Assembly: GCA_031552185.1 (NCBI GenBank)
Contig: JAVBMU010000024.1
Span: forward strand, 185 to 64,184
DNA: 64,000 nucleotides
Direction: 5' to 3'
Source: Cellulomonadaceae bacterium
GTDB taxonomy: Bacteria > Actinomycetota > Actinomycetes > Actinomycetales > Cellulomonadaceae
Numbering within the stretch: position 1 is the stretch's first letter; each line of letters begins with the position of its first letter. The notes under the pieces were generated by a model. That model was not told where the DNA came from. It ran no database searches and saw only the letters and a program-made list of their open reading frames with translations. The translations under genes and the position numbers were made by a program. Positions 61,464-64,000 of the stretch are shown here, piece by piece.

Positions 61464-62837
61464 TCACTGCTCGCTCGACGACGCGGGGACAACTCGCGGC
61501 CACAGGTCCGCCGCGGGCGGCGCCCACACCGCCGGGTCGGCGTCGACCTGCGCGCCGGACCGGATGTCCTTGACCTGGTGCGCGGCCTCGCCGGCGGACG
61601 GGAACCAGACGAATGGAATGCCCCGGCGGTCCGCGTGCCGGATCTGCTTGCCGAAGCGCGCCGCGCTCGGCGCCACCTCCACCGGCACGCCCCGCCCGCG
61701 CAACGCCGCGGCGACCGCCTCCGAGGCGGGCCGGGACCCCTCATCGGCCACCGCCACCAGCACCGCGCTCGGCACGGACCGGGTGGCCCGCACCAGGCCG
61801 GCGCCGAGCAACCGGGACACGAGCCGCGACACCCCGATCGACAGGCCGACCCCCGGATAGGTCGCGGTGCCCTCGGTGGCCAGCGTGTCGTACCGCCCAC
61901 CCGAGCAGATCGAGCCCAGCGACTCGTGGCCGACGAGCACCGTCTCGTAGACGGTCCCCGTGTAGTAGTCCAGCCCGCGGGCGATCTTGAGATCCGCGAG
62001 CACCGCGCCGGGCGCGCGCTCCCCGACCGCGGTGAGCAGCGCGGCCAGTTCCGCCAACCCCTGATCCATCAGAACCGACGCCACGCCGTGGCGCGCCGCC
62101 ACGCTGCGCACCCGATCGACGACCCGCAGGTCCGCCCCGCTGATCGACGCCAGTTCCAGGCACGCCTGCGCCTGCTGCTCGGTCGCGCCCGCGTGCGCCA
62201 CCAATGCCTCGGCGACGGCCTGCGGCCCGATCTTGTCCAACTTGTCGATCTCGCGCAGCACCGCATCGGGATCCGCCAGGCCGAGCCCGCGGTAGAACCC
62301 CTCGGCCACCCGGCGGTTATTCACCAGGATCCGAGCCTCGGGCATCCCGATCGGGCGCAGCGCAGCGAGCGCCGCGGCGATCACGAGCGCCACCTCAACC
62401 TCGACGTGATAGGGCAGCTCACCCGCGCCGACGACGTCGATATCGGCCTGGACGAATTCCCGGAACCGCCCTTCCTGGGGCCGTTCCCCGCGCCACACCT
62501 TCTGGATCTGATACCGCCGGAAGGGAAAGGTCAGGTGCCCGGCGTTCTCCAGCACGTAACGGGCGAAGGGGACCGTCAGATCGAAGTGCAGCCCGAGCGA
62601 GCGTTCGTCGCGCGCGGGGGCGGCGTCGTCGGCCTGCAACCGGTGCAGAACGTAGACCTCCTTGGACGTCTCGCCCTTGCGCAGGAGTTGGTCCAGTGGC
62701 TCCACGGCGCGCGTTTCGATCCCGGCGAATCCGTGCAACTCGAAGGTCCGTCGCAGCACATCCAGGACGTGCTGTTCCACGATCCGACCGTCGGGAAGCC
62801 ATTCGGGAAAACCGGAGAGAGGTGTCGGCCTGGCCAT
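61464..62837 (-). CDS. hisS: Histidine--tRNA ligase
   Basis: ORF 61464..62837. 'GFPEWLP', class II motif 2 'FRRYQIQKVWRGERPQEGRFREFVQADIDVVG', 'GGRYD', 'VGLSIGVSR'. Confidence 0.95.
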   Translation of the reverse strand: MARPTPLSGFPEWLPDGRIVEQHVLDVLRRTFELHGFAGIETRAVEPLDQLLRKGETSKEVYVLHRLQADDAAPARDERSLGLHFDLTVPFARYVLENAGHLTFPFRRYQIQKVWRGERPQEGRFREFVQADIDVVGAGELPYHVEVEVALVIAAALAALRPIGMPEARILVNNRRVAEGFYRGLGLADPDAVLREIDKLDKIGPQAVAEALVAHAGATEQQAQACLELASISGADLRVVDRVRSVAARHGVASVLMDQGLAELAALLTAVGERAPGAVLADLKIARGLDYYTGTVYETVLVGHESLGSICSGGRYDTLATEGTATYPGVGLSIGVSRLVSRLLGAGLVRATRSVPSAVLVAVADEGSRPASEAVAAALRGRGVPVEVAPSAARFGKQIRHADRRGIPFVWFPSAGEAAHQVKDIRSGAQVDADPAVWAPPAADLWPRVVPASSSEQ

Positions 62838-62901
62838 GGGACCCGATCCTTCCAGATCGGCCGGCGCTGGGCCGAACTGTTTGCGCGCCGGCCGGTTCGG
62901 G

Positions 62902-63615
62902 TCAGATCAGGCTCCGCAGGAAGGGGTTGACGCGGCGCTCCCGCGCCATGGTCGTCTCGGGTCCGTGCCCCGGCAGCACGCGCCATTCGTCCGGCAGGCC
63001 GCCGATGACGTCCCCCAACGTTCGGTTCATGGCGTCGCCGTCACCGCCGGGCAGGTCATAGCGACCGATGGTCCCGGCGAAAAGGACATCGCCCGTCAGG
63101 AGGGCACCGGACTCGGGCGTCCCGACGGCGTAGAGGGTCGAGCCCTCGGTGTGGCCCGGGGCGTGGATCGCGGTGAGTTCCACAGCCCCGAATCGCAGCG
63201 TTGTGGTGGCCGCCCCGGCGGCGATCGGCTGCACCACCGCGGGGGGCACGTAGGCGCCCGGGTCGATCCCCACCGCGCGCAGTTGGGCGTCCATCCCGTC
63301 GCCGCCGGGGCCGAACGCGATGGTCCCGAGCGGGTCGTCGAGCCGGTAGGCGTCGTCGGCGTGCACGACGAACGGAACCCCGGCCCGCGCACAGAGCGGT
63401 CCGGCATCCCAGGTGTGATCCGCGTGGCCGTGGGTGGCCAGCACCGCCCGGGGGGTCAGCCGCATGGCCGCGATCAGCAACTCGACCTCCGGCGCGACCC
63501 CCGCGCCGGCGTCGACGACGACGCACTCCGGTCCCACCACGACCAGATAGCAGTTGGTTCCGTAGAAGGGTGCGACGATGGCGCGGATGATCGGGGCCGG
63601 GCGTGAGGTGTCCAC
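62902..63615 (-). CDS. MBL-fold metallo-hydrolase (glyoxalase II-like)
   Basis: ORF 62902..63615. 'TNCYLV', 'ATHGHADH', 'HAPGHTEGS', 'GDVLFAGTIGR'. Confidence 0.85.
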   Translation of the reverse strand: MDTSRPAPIIRAIVAPFYGTNCYLVVVGPECVVVDAGAGVAPEVELLIAAMRLTPRAVLATHGHADHTWDAGPLCARAGVPFVVHADDAYRLDDPLGTIAFGPGGDGMDAQLRAVGIDPGAYVPPAVVQPIAAGAATTTLRFGAVELTAIHAPGHTEGSTLYAVGTPESGALLTGDVLFAGTIGRYDLPGGDGDAMNRTLGDVIGGLPDEWRVLPGHGPETTMARERRVNPFLRSLI

Positions 63616-63749
63616 ACCCGAAGGCTAGTCCGGCCGGAGGGAGCGCGAGGCGCGTCCAGATGCTGTCACGGTGCCTAGACTGTCCGTACCGACCGCGGTC
63701 GTTCCGCGGATTCCGCGCGCGCCCACGGGTGCATGAGCGAGGAGTTGCC

Positions 63750-63971
63750 ATGGTGAGGTCGAGTTGCCGGGGGCGGGCGGGCTTCGCCCTGCCGGTCGGC
63801 GCGCGACCGGCCCCGACGGCGGCCCTCCGCGGGATCCGGACCCGGCCGGGCGACGCCTGCGGCGTCGGCATCACGTTGGGCCTGGCGTCGGCCGGGCTGT
63901 CTCTGACCCGGAGCCCGGGCGGGCCTGCCGCCGCGGTCCTGGTCATCATCGAAGGAGTCAGTACCCCATGA
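63750..63971 (+). CDS. Possible small membrane protein (73 aa), uncertain
   Basis: In-frame ATG at 63750 within ORF 63603..63971, with GAGGAG 7 nt upstream. One hydrophobic segment 'GVGITLGLASAGLSL'. Its stop overlaps the next ATG (ATGA). The sequence is Arg/Gly/Pro-rich, so it may be spurious. Confidence 0.3.
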   Translation: MVRSSCRGRAGFALPVGARPAPTAALRGIRTRPGDACGVGITLGLASAGLSLTRSPGGPAAAVLVIIEGVSTP

Positions 63972-64000
63972 GCGATCCCACCGCGAACCTGGAGAACTCC
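63968..64000 (+). CDS. 5' end of an unidentified CDS running off the window
   Basis: ATG at 63968 with GAAGGAG about 10 nt upstream, translating 'MSDPTANLENS'. Too short to assign a function. Confidence 0.3.
   Translation, partial: MSDPTANLENS

Overview
High-GC actinobacterial chromosomal segment with about 58 protein-coding genes, almost all on the minus strand and often linked by 1-8 nt stop/start overlaps. No rRNA, tRNA, CRISPR array, transposase or integrase was recognised. All calls rest on reading the supplied ORF translations and the DNA by eye; no searches were run. The backbone is conserved housekeeping synteny. One run is mihF-gmk-rpoZ-coaBC-metK-priA ... fmt-rsmB. A second is the pyrR-pyrB-pyrC-(membrane protein)-carA-carB-pyrF operon, with a PyrR-binding leader. 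A third is nusB-efp ... aroQ ... aroB-aroK-aroC ... aroE-mltG-ruvX-alaS, followed by rpsD, rarA, aspS, hisS and an MBL-fold hydrolase. Accessory content is interleaved with this backbone. (1) A complete four-gene Wadjet/JetABCD-type (MksBEFG/EptABCD-like) SMC anti-plasmid operon plus a HAD hydrolase sits between priA and fmt, with no mobile-element scars. (2) A free-standing intein-like Hint plus degenerate LAGLIDADG ORF lies between hisS and aspS, with a perfect actinobacterial LexA SOS box (TCGAAC-N4-GTTCGA) at its 5' end. (3) A four-gene envelope module encodes two repeat-rich lipoproteins, an OmpR-type regulator and a small kinase with no visible sensor domain. (4) A response regulator/kinase/PepSY module. 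(5) A SatD-like gene paired with a small membrane-protein gene. (6) Many short 12-51 bp tandem repeats, most of them in frame at the ends of proteins. The long ORFs antisense to real genes are treated as high-GC artefacts.
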